Part shown: positions 8,152 through 18,423 of the stretch, piece by piece
Layout of the letters: each line of letters opens with the position of its first letter
Numbering within the stretch: position 1 is the stretch's first letter
Assembly (NCBI GenBank): GCA_023475265.1
Contig: JAMCWE010000185.1
Coordinates: forward strand, 37,490 to 101,489
Direction of reading: 5' to 3'
DNA from: Bacteroidota bacterium
Lineage (GTDB): Bacteria > Bacteroidota > Ignavibacteria > Ignavibacteriales > Ignavibacteriaceae
Length of the DNA: 64,000 nt
Program-made: the position numbers and the translations under genes
Notes under the pieces: model-generated
Seen by the model: only the letters and a program-made list of their open reading frames with translations
What the model was told of the DNA's origin: nothing
Databases searched by the model: none

Positions 8152-8748
8152 ATGAAAATTAAAGTTGATAACGAAATAACATTAAAAGATCTCGAGTTAG
8201 ATTCAGCCGAAATATTATTTGATCTTATTGATTCTTGCAGAGATTATTTGAGCGAATGGTTGTCGTGGGTAGAAGAAACACTTCAGTTAAATGATACCAT
8301 ACTTTATATTCAATCAGTTGCCGGGCATGATATGTTTAACGGCAGAAGTGTTTTTGAAATTTGGTATAAAAATGATCTTGCCGGCTTAATTGATTTCCAC
8401 AGCGGCGATAAAGTGAATATGTCTGTGGAAATAGGATATTGGCTTGGTGAAAAATTTCAAAATAAAGGAATAATGACAAGAGCATGCAGTGCGTGTATTG
8501 ATTATGCATTTACAACATTAGGTTTTAATCGAATTGTAATAAAGTGCGCGCTTGGAAATGTAAAAAGCCAGGCAATTCCCAAGCGCCTTAATTTCAAATT
8601 TGAAGGCATCGAAAGGGAAGGACAAATTTTAAATTACAGGTTCAACGACTTGATGGTCTTTTCAATGCTTAAAAAAGAATGGCCGCAATCCGGTTCCTTG
8701 AATGTTCCTGCAATTAAAATATATTTGCCCGGAATTTCAGGGGTATAG
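8152..8748 (+). CDS. GNAT family N-acetyltransferase (RimJ/RimL-like)
   Basis: 198-aa ORF. Acetyl-CoA-binding-type segment IGYWLGEKFQNKGIMTRACSACIDYAF and RimL-like ends (LEL.SAE.LF.L.....YL..WL.W; REGQILNYRFNDLMVFSML). Confidence 0.85.
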   Translation: MKIKVDNEITLKDLELDSAEILFDLIDSCRDYLSEWLSWVEETLQLNDTILYIQSVAGHDMFNGRSVFEIWYKNDLAGLIDFHSGDKVNMSVEIGYWLGEKFQNKGIMTRACSACIDYAFTTLGFNRIVIKCALGNVKSQAIPKRLNFKFEGIEREGQILNYRFNDLMVFSMLKKEWPQSGSLNVPAIKIYLPGISGV

Positions 8749-8794
8749 GATTTAGGGAATAAAGGTATAAGGGTATATAGGTATAAAGGAAAGA
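8740..8794. repeat. Left arm of the inverted repeat flanking the four-helix-bundle gene
   Basis: GGGGTATAGGATTTAGGGAATAAAGGTATAAGGGTATATAGGTATAAAGGAAAG. Built of GGTATARRG-like subrepeats. The reverse complement of 9321-9380 contains GGTATAAGGGTATAGGGTATAAAGG. Confidence 0.8.
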
Positions 8795-8826
8795 TGCAAA
8801 GTATTTCAATTAAATTTGAGGAATAA

Positions 8827-9294
8827 ATGACAGATAATAACTGGGAATATAGCCAAACACAGCCGGAAGAAAATATTTTATATGTAGAGGAGCCGCATGA
8901 ATTTTATGATGAGAAAAGGGACTTTACAACATTAAATGCTTGGTTGAAATGTCGAGAAGTTAAATTATTTTTCTACAAAAAAATTTTGTCTCATTTACCT
9001 CAAGAAGAAAAATATAATTTAGAATTTCAAATAAGAAAAGCAGCAATCAGCATTACGGCGAATATTTCTGAAGGATACGGACGATATCATTATCAGGAAG
9101 GTATCCAGTTTTATAGGATTTCAAGAGGCTCATTATTCGAACTGAAAGATCATCTGATAAGTTCTTTTGATATTGGTTCTATTGATAATAAATTAAAAGA
9201 GGAAGGTGAAAAACTAATAGAAGCAGCCAAAATAACTTTGAATGGATATATTAATTTTGTGATAAATAAAACTAAACAAAATAAGTTGAAATAA
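8827..9294 (+). CDS. Four-helix-bundle protein (23S rRNA intervening-sequence protein / Avd-like family)
   Basis: 155-aa ORF. Family-typical motif [43 protein letters not shown]. Confidence 0.85.
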   Translation: MTDNNWEYSQTQPEENILYVEEPHEFYDEKRDFTTLNAWLKCREVKLFFYKKILSHLPQEEKYNLEFQIRKAAISITANISEGYGRYHYQEGIQFYRISRGSLFELKDHLISSFDIGSIDNKLKEEGEKLIEAAKITLNGYINFVINKTKQNKLK

Positions 9295-9320
9295 TTATCA
9301 AATGGAATTATGTGTATGAA

Positions 9321-9380
9321 CTTATACCTTTATACCCTATACCCTTATACCTCCATACTCCCCCTATACCTTATCTCCCA
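9321..9380. repeat. Right arm of the inverted repeat flanking the four-helix-bundle gene
   Basis: CTTATACCTTTATACCCTATACCCTTATACCTCCATACTCCCCCTATACCTTATCTCC. Imperfect reverse complement of 8740-8794. Confidence 0.8.
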
Positions 9381-9449
9381 ATATTTCCCGCTACCAACAT
9401 ACTCGATAACAATAAAATTAATTTTTACATATTAGGAGAATCAATTAAC

Positions 9450-10817
9450 ATGAGCAGTACAAAAAAATTTCTATTATCCGAAAAAGAAATTCCGGAACAA
9501 TGGTATAATATACAGGCGGACATGCCGAATCCGACATTGCCTCCGCTTCATCCCGGAACCAAGCAGCCGGTTGGCCCGGAAGATTTAGCGCCGTTATTTC
9601 CGATGGAATTAATTAAGCAGGAAGTTTCTAAAGAAAGATGGATAGATATTCCAGAAGAAGTAAGAGATGTTTACAAAATGTGGCGGCCAAGCCCGATGTT
9701 TAGAGCTTACGATTTTGAAAAGCTTCTCGACACACCTGCAAAAATTTATTACAAGTATGAAGGAGTAAGTCCAGCCGGTTCGCATAAGCCGAACACAGCA
9801 GTGCCGCAGGCTTATTATAATAAAATGGAAGGCGTAAAAAGATTAACTACTGAAACCGGCGCCGGTCAGTGGGGAAGCGCGCTTAGCTTTGCCTGCAACC
9901 ATTTCGGAATCGATCTTGAAGTTTATATGGTAAAGGTAAGCTATGATCAAAAGCCGTACAGAAAATCGATGATGAAAACCTGGGGCGCAAATGTTTTTTC
10001 CTCTCCTTCAGATAGAACCGAGTCCGGAAGAAAAATTCTTGCTGAAGAACCGAATTCACCAGGCAGTCTTGGCATTGCAATTTCAGAAGCCGTTGAACGC
10101 GCTGCAAAAGACGGCGGAACAAAATATTCTTTGGGCAGCGTGTTAAATCATGTTTTGATGCATCAAACTGTAATTGGACTTGAAGCAATTAAGCAGATGG
10201 AACTAGCTGGAGATTTCCCGGATATTGTTGTCGGATGTTTTGGCGGCGGTTCAAATTTTGGCGGAATATCTTTCCCATTTCTTGGATTAAATTTCCGCGA
10301 AGGAAAAAACGTTCACTGCATTGCTGCTGAACCTTCATCTTGTCCCAAACTTACAAAAGGACAATTCAGATATGATTTCGGAGATACAGTCGGATTAACT
10401 CCGCTCATTCCTATGTACACTTTAGGTCATACATTTATTCCGGAGCCAATTCATGCGGGAGGATTGCGCTATCACGGTGCCGGCGCAATTGTAAGTCAAT
10501 TGTTAAAAGATAAATTAATTGAAGCTCAAGCATTCCATCAGCTTGAATGTTTTGATGCCGGAGTAAAGTTTGCAAGGACAGAAGGAATTATTCCCGCGCC
10601 CGAATCAACTCACGCAATAGCAGGCGTTGTTAAGGAAGCATTGAAAGCAAAGGAAGAAGGAACTGCGAAAACAATTTTATTTAATCTTAGCGGTCATGGA
10701 TATTTTGATATGAGCGCTTATGATGCATACTTTTCTGGTAAGTTAGTTGAACATCATCTTACCGAAGAGGAACTTCACGCAGATTTGAAAAAATTAAACA
10801 CTCCAACAATTGAATAA
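9450..10817 (+). CDS. trpB2: TrpB2-type tryptophan synthase beta-like PLP-dependent enzyme
   Basis: Start moved to ATG 9450, which has AGGAGA 11 nt upstream. About 455 aa, the length class typical of TrpB2. Motifs: [31 protein letters not shown] (PLP lysine context), [18 protein letters not shown]. Confidence 0.85.
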   Translation: MSSTKKFLLSEKEIPEQWYNIQADMPNPTLPPLHPGTKQPVGPEDLAPLFPMELIKQEVSKERWIDIPEEVRDVYKMWRPSPMFRAYDFEKLLDTPAKIYYKYEGVSPAGSHKPNTAVPQAYYNKMEGVKRLTTETGAGQWGSALSFACNHFGIDLEVYMVKVSYDQKPYRKSMMKTWGANVFSSPSDRTESGRKILAEEPNSPGSLGIAISEAVERAAKDGGTKYSLGSVLNHVLMHQTVIGLEAIKQMELAGDFPDIVVGCFGGGSNFGGISFPFLGLNFREGKNVHCIAAEPSSCPKLTKGQFRYDFGDTVGLTPLIPMYTLGHTFIPEPIHAGGLRYHGAGAIVSQLLKDKLIEAQAFHQLECFDAGVKFARTEGIIPAPESTHAIAGVVKEALKAKEEGTAKTILFNLSGHGYFDMSAYDAYFSGKLVEHHLTEEELHADLKKLNTPTIE

Positions 10818-10833
10818 TTAATAATTTCACTTT

Positions 10834-10902
10834 GTCATTCCCACGAAAGTGGGAATCTATTTAAGCTTAATAAAAATGGGTGCCCGCTTTTGCGGGCATG
10901 AC
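10834..10902. terminator. Pair of GC-rich REP-like hairpins between convergent genes (probable bidirectional terminator)
   Basis: ATTCCCAC-GAAA-GTGGGAAT (10837-10856) and TGCCCGC-TTTT-GCGGGCA (10881-10898), bracketed by GTCAT...ATGAC. Confidence 0.6.
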
Positions 10903-10927
10903 TTTAGTTAAATGAAATTATTCCTAT

Positions 10928-11566
10928 TTAAAATTTATTTGTCCCGACTATATTCACACCGATATCAATATTATCTGAAACTCTCGTCCCGAGAACCATA
11001 TTCTGAACGTTGTATTTTGAAAGCGTAATACTAAAATTTCCTGTAACTCCAAGAAGATCGCCCGGCTCGCGCGCTTCAGTTGCCTGGCTTTCATCAAGGT
11101 ACGTCATTGTTACTTCAGCAGTAATATCGTTTGTTACTCCGTGAAGATTAAAACCGCCGAGCACTTTTACTTTTAATTTATTCGGCTCAAGCTTCTGCAC
11201 ATCCAAAATTTTTTTTATCTTGAAAGAAATGGTGGGATATTTTTCAGCATCAAGCCACTTAGGTTCTTTAAGATCTTTGTCTCGCATTCTGATTCCGGTT
11301 CCTAAAGATTCTGTAGGCAGAGAAATTTCTCCATGCAAAGTATTTTTCACATCGCTTATATTAAACGAAACCTTACCGCTTACTTGAGTTGATAAACCGT
11401 CAACCTCATCAAGCGGAGTTATGCTGTGGAAAGTAGCCTGATTTCTTCCTTTGTCGTCTTTAAATGAAAACGTCTGAACTCCCTTTGCTTTTACATCAAA
11501 GCCCTGCGATAAAATTACTGAAGTGAATAATAAAAATAAAAATGATATTCTAATTAGTGATCTCAT
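10928..11566 (-). CDS. YceI-like periplasmic polyisoprenoid-binding protein
   Basis: 212-aa ORF with a signal peptide. YceI-like pattern: F.S..PL..V.G......G.V.F, RMRDKDLKEPKWLDAEKYPTISF, L.LHGVT. Confidence 0.8.
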   Translation of the reverse strand: MRSLIRISFLFLLFTSVILSQGFDVKAKGVQTFSFKDDKGRNQATFHSITPLDEVDGLSTQVSGKVSFNISDVKNTLHGEISLPTESLGTGIRMRDKDLKEPKWLDAEKYPTISFKIKKILDVQKLEPNKLKVKVLGGFNLHGVTNDITAEVTMTYLDESQATEAREPGDLLGVTGNFSITLSKYNVQNMVLGTRVSDNIDIGVNIVGTNKF

Positions 11567-11831
11567 TGGTTACCTTTCTTTTGGATTTGAAGACGAAAAA
11601 CAAAATGCCTGAAATTAAAATGCTGATTGCGGCTACAACCAGGGTAAGATCCAATCCCCAAATAAATTGATCTTTCCATTCCTTGTAGGTCGTTCCAAAC
11701 AGCGGATCGGTTTTTTCTACCAGCACTTTAGTTTGAGTAAAAACATAAGTCCCATCGGCAAGCCAGATGATGAGCGCAGTTATAATTACAGCTACTCCGG
11801 CGATGAGTGTAATTTTTTGTTTTTTATTCAT
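11550..11831 (-). CDS. Small membrane protein (2 predicted TM helices)
   Basis: 93-aa ORF with hydrophobic segments ITLIAGVAVIITALIIWL and LDLTLVVAAISILISGILFFVF. Overlaps the yceI-like start by 17 nt, which suggests translational coupling. Confidence 0.5.
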   Translation of the reverse strand: MNKKQKITLIAGVAVIITALIIWLADGTYVFTQTKVLVEKTDPLFGTTYKEWKDQFIWGLDLTLVVAAISILISGILFFVFKSKRKVTNEITN

Positions 11832-12065
11832 AAAAATTTTTAATTATGAAAAATTGTGTTTGAATAATAAGTGATTCCAGCATTAAAAAAGTGACTGAAA
11901 ACTAATCTTATTGTTAACATAAAAAAATATCTTGTTTTAGATCATGACAAAAAACAAATCTCAATTAAATTGAATTGTTTTTTATAAAGATGATAAATGA
12001 TAATTTTAGACGGTAATTTTTTGTTATAGTTTAATCATATTGCAAAATATTCTAAAAAGTTGATC

Positions 12066-13274
12066 ATGGACAAACCAAAAGTTTTTGACGTCGCAATAAT
12101 AGGCGGAGGAATAGTCGGAACTTCAACGGCCTTAAATCTGTTGAAACTGAAAAAATTATCGCTTGTTGTTCTTGAAGCTGAAGATAAATTAGCTGCTCAC
12201 CAAACCGGAAATAACAGCGGAGTAATCCACTCGGGATTATATTATAAACCCGGCTCGTTGAAAGCAATTAACTGTGTTACAGGCAGGGAAATGATGTATA
12301 AGTTTTGCGAAGAAAATAATATTAGACATGAACACTGCGGAAAAATTGTAGTAGCGACAAACAAAAATGAAATTCCTGCGCTTGAAGAACTCGAGCGAAG
12401 AGGAAAAGCAAATGATCTTAAAGGGATGAAGAGATTATCTAAAGAAGAAATTAAAGAATATGAACCTCATGCCTCAGGCATCGATGGGCTACTTGTTCCG
12501 GAAACCGGTATTGTAGATTATACTCAAGTAACAGAGACTTATGGAAAAATAATTAATCAATCCGGCGGTGAAATAAAAACCAAAAGCAAATTTATTTCAT
12601 TTAAAAAAGATGGAACCGATTTAATTTTAGAAACAACGGGCGGAGAAGTGCGAGCAAAGTTTTTAGTTAATTGCGGAGGATTGCAATCAGATCGCGTTGC
12701 GAGAGTTTGCGGCGTTGATCCTAAATTACAAATTGTACCATTCCGCGGCGAATATTATAAACTTAAAAAAGAGAAAGAATATCTAGTAAAAAATTTAATC
12801 TATCCAGTACCCGACCCGAACTTTCCGTTTCTCGGAGTTCATTTCACAAGAATGATTGAAGGCGGAATTGAAGCCGGCCCAAATGCTGTTCTAGCTTTTA
12901 AGCGAGAAGGTTATACACATCAGGATTTTTCAATCAGAGATGTTTCGCAAATGTTTTTCTATTCCGGCTTTTGGAAGATGGCATCTAAATATTATAAAAT
13001 GGGAATGGGGGAATTCTATAGATCATTCAGCAAAGCTGCATTTGTAAAAGCCCTGCAAAAATTGATTCCTGAAATCAGCTCTGATGATATTGAACCAGCC
13101 GGCGCCGGAGTGCGTGCCCAGGCGCTTGAATCAAATGGAAAGCTAGTCGATGATTTCAGAATTGTTGAGGCTGATAAAATGATTCACGTTTTAAATGCGC
13201 CATCGCCGGCGGCAACTGCTTCATTAAGTATTGGGAAAACAATTGCCGAAAAAATTGTTAATCGATTAAATTGA
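12066..13274 (+). CDS. lhgO: L-2-hydroxyglutarate oxidase/dehydrogenase (FAD-dependent)
   Basis: FAD fold FDVAIIGGGIVGTSTA. HQTGNNSGVIHSGLYYKPGS, PFRGEYY, LIYPVPDPNFPFLGVHFTRMI.GG.E.GPNAVLAFKREGY and NAPSPAATAS closely track E. coli LhgO as I recall it. Confidence 0.85.
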   Translation: MDKPKVFDVAIIGGGIVGTSTALNLLKLKKLSLVVLEAEDKLAAHQTGNNSGVIHSGLYYKPGSLKAINCVTGREMMYKFCEENNIRHEHCGKIVVATNKNEIPALEELERRGKANDLKGMKRLSKEEIKEYEPHASGIDGLLVPETGIVDYTQVTETYGKIINQSGGEIKTKSKFISFKKDGTDLILETTGGEVRAKFLVNCGGLQSDRVARVCGVDPKLQIVPFRGEYYKLKKEKEYLVKNLIYPVPDPNFPFLGVHFTRMIEGGIEAGPNAVLAFKREGYTHQDFSIRDVSQMFFYSGFWKMASKYYKMGMGEFYRSFSKAAFVKALQKLIPEISSDDIEPAGAGVRAQALESNGKLVDDFRIVEADKMIHVLNAPSPAATASLSIGKTIAEKIVNRLN

Positions 13275-13456
13275 TAAATATTAAATCCAATCAAATCCTT
13301 AATTGATATCTTCTTAATAATCAAGTCAATACTTGTGATGTAATAGTAGCGCATCTTACAAACTATTAGTAAAAAATTATTTATCTTATATAAAATCATT
13401 TTGCTGATATGAAATAGAGATACCGGCAGCTAATTTGAATTTAAGGAGTTTTATTT

Positions 13457-16300
13457 ATGAATACATTAATTGAATTGTTAAACTATGGTCAAAGTTATTG
13501 GTTGGATAATTTAACCAGAGGAAAAATTAAAAACGGCGAATTAAAAAAGCGCGTTGCAAATCAAGGGCTTCGCGGAATAACTTCTAATCCAAGCATCTTT
13601 AATAAAGCCATCACGAACGGTACTGATTATGATAAACAAATCAAACAGCTTGTTGAACAGAAAAAAGGCGTGCACGAAATTTATGAAGCATTAACAATCA
13701 AGGATGTTCAGGACGCTTGCGATATCTTAAAACCAGTATATGATTCTTCCGAGGGTGTTGATGGATTTATCAGTATTGAAGTTTCACCTTATTTGGCGCG
13801 TGATACCGAAGGGACAATGATCGAAGCGCGAAGATTATTCAAAGAAGTTAATCGTCCAAATTGTTACATAAAAATTCCCGGCACACCTGAAGGAGTTCCG
13901 GCGATAGAGCAAATGCTTTATGAAGGAATAAATGTAAATATCACTTTGCTGTTTTCAATTCAAAGTTATGAAGCAGTTGCTTATGCTTATCTAAATGCAC
14001 TTGAACGCCGCGTCGCTGAAAATAAACCAATCGAAAGACTCCGCTCAGTTGCGAGTTTTTTCTTAAGCAGGATTGATGTATTAGCTGATCAGCTTCTCGG
14101 CAGCGTAATTATTCCCGGAAAAATTCAGGATAACACTTTAAGACCGGAACAATTATTCGGTAAGGCTGCAATTGCAAATGCAAAGATTGCATATCAGAGT
14201 TTCAAGAAAATATTTTCTGGTGAAAGATGGGAGAAATTGCTTTCGCACGGTGCAAAAGTTCAGCGTCCGCTTTGGGCAAGCACCAGCACGAAAGATCCGC
14301 TTTATAATGACGTTAAATATGTTGAACCGTTAATTGGTCCGGATACTGTAAATACATTGCCGGATGAAACGATCGATGCATTTGACGACCATGGAAAAAT
14401 TGAAAGCAATACAATTGAAAAAGATGTTGATGAATCTTATAAAGTGATTGAAGACTTAAGAAAAATTGGAGTTGATATCGACTTTGTAACAACCCAATTA
14501 CTGAACGAGGCAATACAAAAGTTTGTGGAACCTTATGACAACTTGATGAAAAACATTTCTCAGAAACGTGACGCAATTCTTGGAGAAAGAATTGGAAAAC
14601 AAAAAATTAGTTTCGGCAAATCTAAAGCGGATGTTTCTGCCGCAATGAAATCATTAAATGAAAAACAGTTTACCAGAAGATTGTTTGCAAAAGATCCGCA
14701 TCTTTGGTCGGATGATCCTGAACAAATAAAAGAAATTAATATCCGTTTGGGATGGCTTGACAGCATGGAATATTTCCTTGGAAAATTTGATGAAGTAAAC
14801 CAGCTTGTTAAAGATGTAAAAGCTGCAAAATATAAATATGTAGTTCTTCTTGGAATGGGCGGCAGCAGCTTATGCCCGGAAGTTTCCAAAGATACATTCG
14901 GTTCGAAACCTGGTTATCCAGAATTGCATGTTTTGGATAATACTGATCCGGCCGCAGTGAAGGAGGTTCAATCAAAAATTGATTTGAGCAAAACATTATT
15001 TATTGTTTCAAGTAAATCGGGAACAACCTTAGAAACTTCCAGCTTCGAGCATTATTTCTACGAAGAAACAAAAAAGATAGTTGGTGATTCCGCCGATGAA
15101 CATTTTGTTGCGATCACTGATCCCGGAACTTCTTTGATGAAAGAAGCTCAGCAAAAAAAATATCGTCAGGTATTTGAGAATCCAATTGAATTCGGCGGAA
15201 GATATTCTGCTTTATCCTTCTTCGGTTTGGTACCAATGGCATTGATCGGAATTGATATTAAAAAAATTCTTAACAACGCACATCAAATGCAATTAAGCTG
15301 CGGTCATTTCGTTCCTGCTGAGGTAAATCCCGGAGTTAGTCTTGGAATATTTTTAGGAATTAATTATAAGCAAGGCAGAGACAAAGTAACATTTGTAATG
15401 TCAAAGTCTATAAGTTCGTTTGGATTATGGGTGGAGCAATTAATTGCGGAAAGTACAGGTAAGACTGGTAAAGGATTAATTCCTGTAGAAAGTGAAAAAC
15501 TTGGCAGCTTGGAAGATTATTCTAATGACCGAATTTTCGTTCATGTTTATACAACATTTGATGATTCGAAAGCTGATGAGAAAAAACTTGCAGCGCTTGA
15601 AAAAACAGGCCATCCTATAGTACGAATAGAAATTAAAGATAAACTTGCGCTCGGTGCGGAATATTTACGCTGGGAGATTGCAACTGCAACAGCCGGTGCC
15701 GTAATCGGAATTAACGCTTTTGATCAACCGAATGTTGCGGAAAGTAAAAAGAACTCGGAAGATTTATTAAAGGAATGGAAGTCAAAAGGAAGTTTTAATG
15801 AAGGTGAAGCTATAATTTCTAAAGATGGTATTTCAATTTTCTGTAATGATTCTGCAAAGTGGATGTTTGAAGGGCATCGAAAATCTGTAAAAGAATTTTT
15901 GAATTATTATTTTAAATTATCAAAGTCACCGGATTATATTTCAGTGCTAGCCTATTGTTTGCAAACACCAAATCGTAATAAGCTTCTTCAGAATTTAAGA
16001 ACAAACTTAAGAGACAAATTTAAAGTGGCGACAACTCTTGGTTACGGCCCGCGCTATTTGCATTCAACCGGGCAGTTGCATAAAGGCGGCGCAAATGATG
16101 GTGTGTTTATATTATTTACTTCTGACGCAAATGAAGAAGTAAGTATTCCTGGAAAGGAATTTGGATTTGCAACTCTTCAAAGAGCACAAGCACTTGGCGA
16201 TTTCAGATCTTTAAATTCACATGACCGCCGAGTTGTAAGAGTACATCTTGGAAGCGATACCGAAAGCGGATTGAAAAAACTTTTAGAATTCCTGAAGTAA
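13457..16300 (+). CDS. Bifunctional transaldolase / glucose-6-phosphate isomerase fusion
   Basis: 947-aa ORF. N-terminal transaldolase motifs: GQSYWLDNLTR, GITSNPSIF, active-site context CYIKIPGT. C-terminal PGI/SIS motifs: VVLLGMGGSSLCPEV, IVSSKSGTTLET, GGRYSALS. Confidence 0.9.
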   Translation: MNTLIELLNYGQSYWLDNLTRGKIKNGELKKRVANQGLRGITSNPSIFNKAITNGTDYDKQIKQLVEQKKGVHEIYEALTIKDVQDACDILKPVYDSSEGVDGFISIEVSPYLARDTEGTMIEARRLFKEVNRPNCYIKIPGTPEGVPAIEQMLYEGINVNITLLFSIQSYEAVAYAYLNALERRVAENKPIERLRSVASFFLSRIDVLADQLLGSVIIPGKIQDNTLRPEQLFGKAAIANAKIAYQSFKKIFSGERWEKLLSHGAKVQRPLWASTSTKDPLYNDVKYVEPLIGPDTVNTLPDETIDAFDDHGKIESNTIEKDVDESYKVIEDLRKIGVDIDFVTTQLLNEAIQKFVEPYDNLMKNISQKRDAILGERIGKQKISFGKSKADVSAAMKSLNEKQFTRRLFAKDPHLWSDDPEQIKEINIRLGWLDSMEYFLGKFDEVNQLVKDVKAAKYKYVVLLGMGGSSLCPEVSKDTFGSKPGYPELHVLDNTDPAAVKEVQSKIDLSKTLFIVSSKSGTTLETSSFEHYFYEETKKIVGDSADEHFVAITDPGTSLMKEAQQKKYRQVFENPIEFGGRYSALSFFGLVPMALIGIDIKKILNNAHQMQLSCGHFVPAEVNPGVSLGIFLGINYKQGRDKVTFVMSKSISSFGLWVEQLIAESTGKTGKGLIPVESEKLGSLEDYSNDRIFVHVYTTFDDSKADEKKLAALEKTGHPIVRIEIKDKLALGAEYLRWEIATATAGAVIGINAFDQPNVAESKKNSEDLLKEWKSKGSFNEGEAIISKDGISIFCNDSAKWMFEGHRKSVKEFLNYYFKLSKSPDYISVLAYCLQTPNRNKLLQNLRTNLRDKFKVATTLGYGPRYLHSTGQLHKGGANDGVFILFTSDANEEVSIPGKEFGFATLQRAQALGDFRSLNSHDRRVVRVHLGSDTESGLKKLLEFLK

Positions 16301-16332
16301 TATTGTTTTAATGATGAAAGGAGATGATGTGA

Positions 16333-17859
16333 ATGAGCGATGAATTTGTCGAAGTAAGCAATTCGGGGATGTCAAGAGCAGTTCCGCCGGAACCTTGTAT
16401 AGTAGTAATATTTGGAGCGACAGGCGATTTAGCTCACCGGGAATTAATTCCTTCATTGTTTGCGTTACGCTGTAAAAATTTAATGCCGTTTCCTTTTGCA
16501 ATTATAGGATTTGCAAGAAGAGATTGGAGTGACGAATTTTTCCGCCATGAAATGAAAAATAGCATTAAGAAAGTTAGCGAGTGCGGTGAAAAAGAATGGG
16601 AGCTTTTTTCTAAAAATTTATTTTATGTTAAAGGCGATTTTAATGACGAAAGTTCTAGTTCATACACTAATCTGAGAAACAAAATAAAAAGCATTCAAAA
16701 AGAATTTAACATTCCGGATAATATTCTTTTTCATCTTTCAACGCCGCCGGAAGATTACAGCAGTATAATACAAAGATTAGGTGCGGTCGCTTTATCTAAA
16801 AGCGAAACTGGCTGGCGACGAGTAATTATTGAAAAGCCTTTTGGTCGAGATGAAAAATCTGCACGTAAGCTAGACGAAGATATTCAAAAAGTTTTTAAAG
16901 AAGATCAGATATTTAGAGTTGATCATTATCTTGGAAAAGAAACAGTGCAGAATATGCTGGTGTTCCGGTTTGCTAACCCCGGCTTTGAGCCAATCTGGAA
17001 CCGCAATTACATTGAGAATGTTCAGATCACGGTTGCGGAAGAATTAGGAATCGGCACCCGCGGAAATTTTTATGAATCTACCGGAATTCTTAGAGACATG
17101 GTTCAAAATCATTTGCTTCAGCTTTTGTGTATAACAGCAATAGAACCGCCGGTAAATTATGATGCATCTTTGCGAAGTGAAACGGTTAAAGTTTTAAATT
17201 CAGTTTGTAAAATTGATGTTGAAAAAGACTGCGTGCTTGGACAATATGATAAAGGCAATATGGATGGGACAGAAGTTCCCGCATATCGAGATGAAAAAAA
17301 TGTTGGAAAAGATTCGCACACTCCGACTTACGCAGCTTTTAAGGTTATGATTGATAACTGGCGCTGGGCGGGCGTTCCTTTCTTTTTAAGAACTGGAAAA
17401 AGATTAAAAAATAAATTGACGGAAGTAACGATACAATTTAAGCCAACACCGCATTTCATGTTTCCTACACACGAAAGAAGTGCACAGCACAAAAATATAC
17501 TCACCTTCCGACTTCAACCCAATGAAGGAATTGTTTATACTTTCATGGCTAAGCAGCCTGGCGCAGAACTGCATCTAAAGCCAGTCAATCTCAACTTTCA
17601 ATACGATACTGCTTTTAATATTGCAGAACCCCCAAGCGCATATCAGTGGCTTTTGTTTGATGCAATGAAAGGAGATCAAACATTGTTCCCACGCGGAGAT
17701 TGGATTTATAAAGCCTGGTCAATCATCGATCCGGTAATTAAAAAATGGGAATCTGATCCATGGATTAAACTGCCGAATTATCCTTCCGGGTCTTGGGGTC
17801 CGTTAGCTGCTGAACAATTAGTTAATAATGCCGGATGCAATTGGAGTATAAAAAGTTAG
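16333..17859 (+). CDS. zwf: Glucose-6-phosphate 1-dehydrogenase (copy 1)
   Basis: [18 protein letters not shown] dinucleotide motif. Signature [28 protein letters not shown]. Confidence 0.9.
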   Translation: MSDEFVEVSNSGMSRAVPPEPCIVVIFGATGDLAHRELIPSLFALRCKNLMPFPFAIIGFARRDWSDEFFRHEMKNSIKKVSECGEKEWELFSKNLFYVKGDFNDESSSSYTNLRNKIKSIQKEFNIPDNILFHLSTPPEDYSSIIQRLGAVALSKSETGWRRVIIEKPFGRDEKSARKLDEDIQKVFKEDQIFRVDHYLGKETVQNMLVFRFANPGFEPIWNRNYIENVQITVAEELGIGTRGNFYESTGILRDMVQNHLLQLLCITAIEPPVNYDASLRSETVKVLNSVCKIDVEKDCVLGQYDKGNMDGTEVPAYRDEKNVGKDSHTPTYAAFKVMIDNWRWAGVPFFLRTGKRLKNKLTEVTIQFKPTPHFMFPTHERSAQHKNILTFRLQPNEGIVYTFMAKQPGAELHLKPVNLNFQYDTAFNIAEPPSAYQWLLFDAMKGDQTLFPRGDWIYKAWSIIDPVIKKWESDPWIKLPNYPSGSWGPLAAEQLVNNAGCNWSIKS

Positions 17860-18009
17860 TTTTTATTTTTATAAAATTCATCTTGGTGGAAAACTGAATA
17901 CTGCATGAGTGAATGTAATTTTCATCATAGCACATTCCAATAGTATTGCTAAATACATGATAAATTTTTAATTAACAGAAAATTTTATCTTTTAATTTTG
18001 GGAGGTGTT

Positions 18010-18315
18010 ATGTGGCAGGGATGGATTGCCTTTCTTGATGGGTTCTGGCTGGTAATTTCTTCTTTTATTTGGCAAACACAAACAAATCAAAATCTCTTGA
18101 TTAGCGGTATTGTATTAACCATCTTCGGTTTTTGGGCTGAAAAAAGCTGGGAAGGAATAATGCTAGGATTTTTAGGAGTCTTTGTAATTGGAAGCGGATG
18201 CACACACTACCTTGTTTTACCGATCAATTTCTTTTTAACAGGATTAACTATTATGGCAGTTGCATTTCTTTGTGCAACTATAAATAAGAGATCTCATTTA
18301 CATTTGCAGCTTTAA
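18010..18315 (+). CDS. Small integral membrane protein (SPW-repeat-like, 3-4 TM)
   Basis: ATG at 18010 follows GGGAGG. Trp-rich hydrophobic segments: WQGWIAFLDGFWLVISSFIW, ISGIVLTIFGFWA. Confidence 0.5.
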   Translation: MWQGWIAFLDGFWLVISSFIWQTQTNQNLLISGIVLTIFGFWAEKSWEGIMLGFLGVFVIGSGCTHYLVLPINFFLTGLTIMAVAFLCATINKRSHLHLQL

Positions 18316-18423
18316 TTTCGATTGAGTTTAAAATCAGTTTTAAAAATTAAATTGTCCATGTAGAAAGTTAGTTGATACTATTTATGAAAATATTGTCAAT
18401 AACTTTCATTAAGGAGTAATACC

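Noticed and set aside
9312-9449. N-terminal 46-aa extension of the TrpB2 ORF in the track ([26 protein letters not shown]...)
   Set aside because: This low-complexity Pro/Tyr/Leu sequence is the translation of the right inverted-repeat arm. A proper ATG with an AGGAGA SD occurs at 9450, where TrpB2 homology begins.
14313-14996. Three minus-strand ORFs (87, 109 and 62 aa) inside the tal-pgi gene
   Set aside because: They are shadow ORFs antisense to a 947-aa gene with unambiguous transaldolase and PGI motifs. The same reasoning applies to the other nested or antisense track ORFs: 1133-2471, 9883-10188, 19453-19689, 21717-22028, 26236-26514, 43865-44263, 55381-55767 and 58675-59083.
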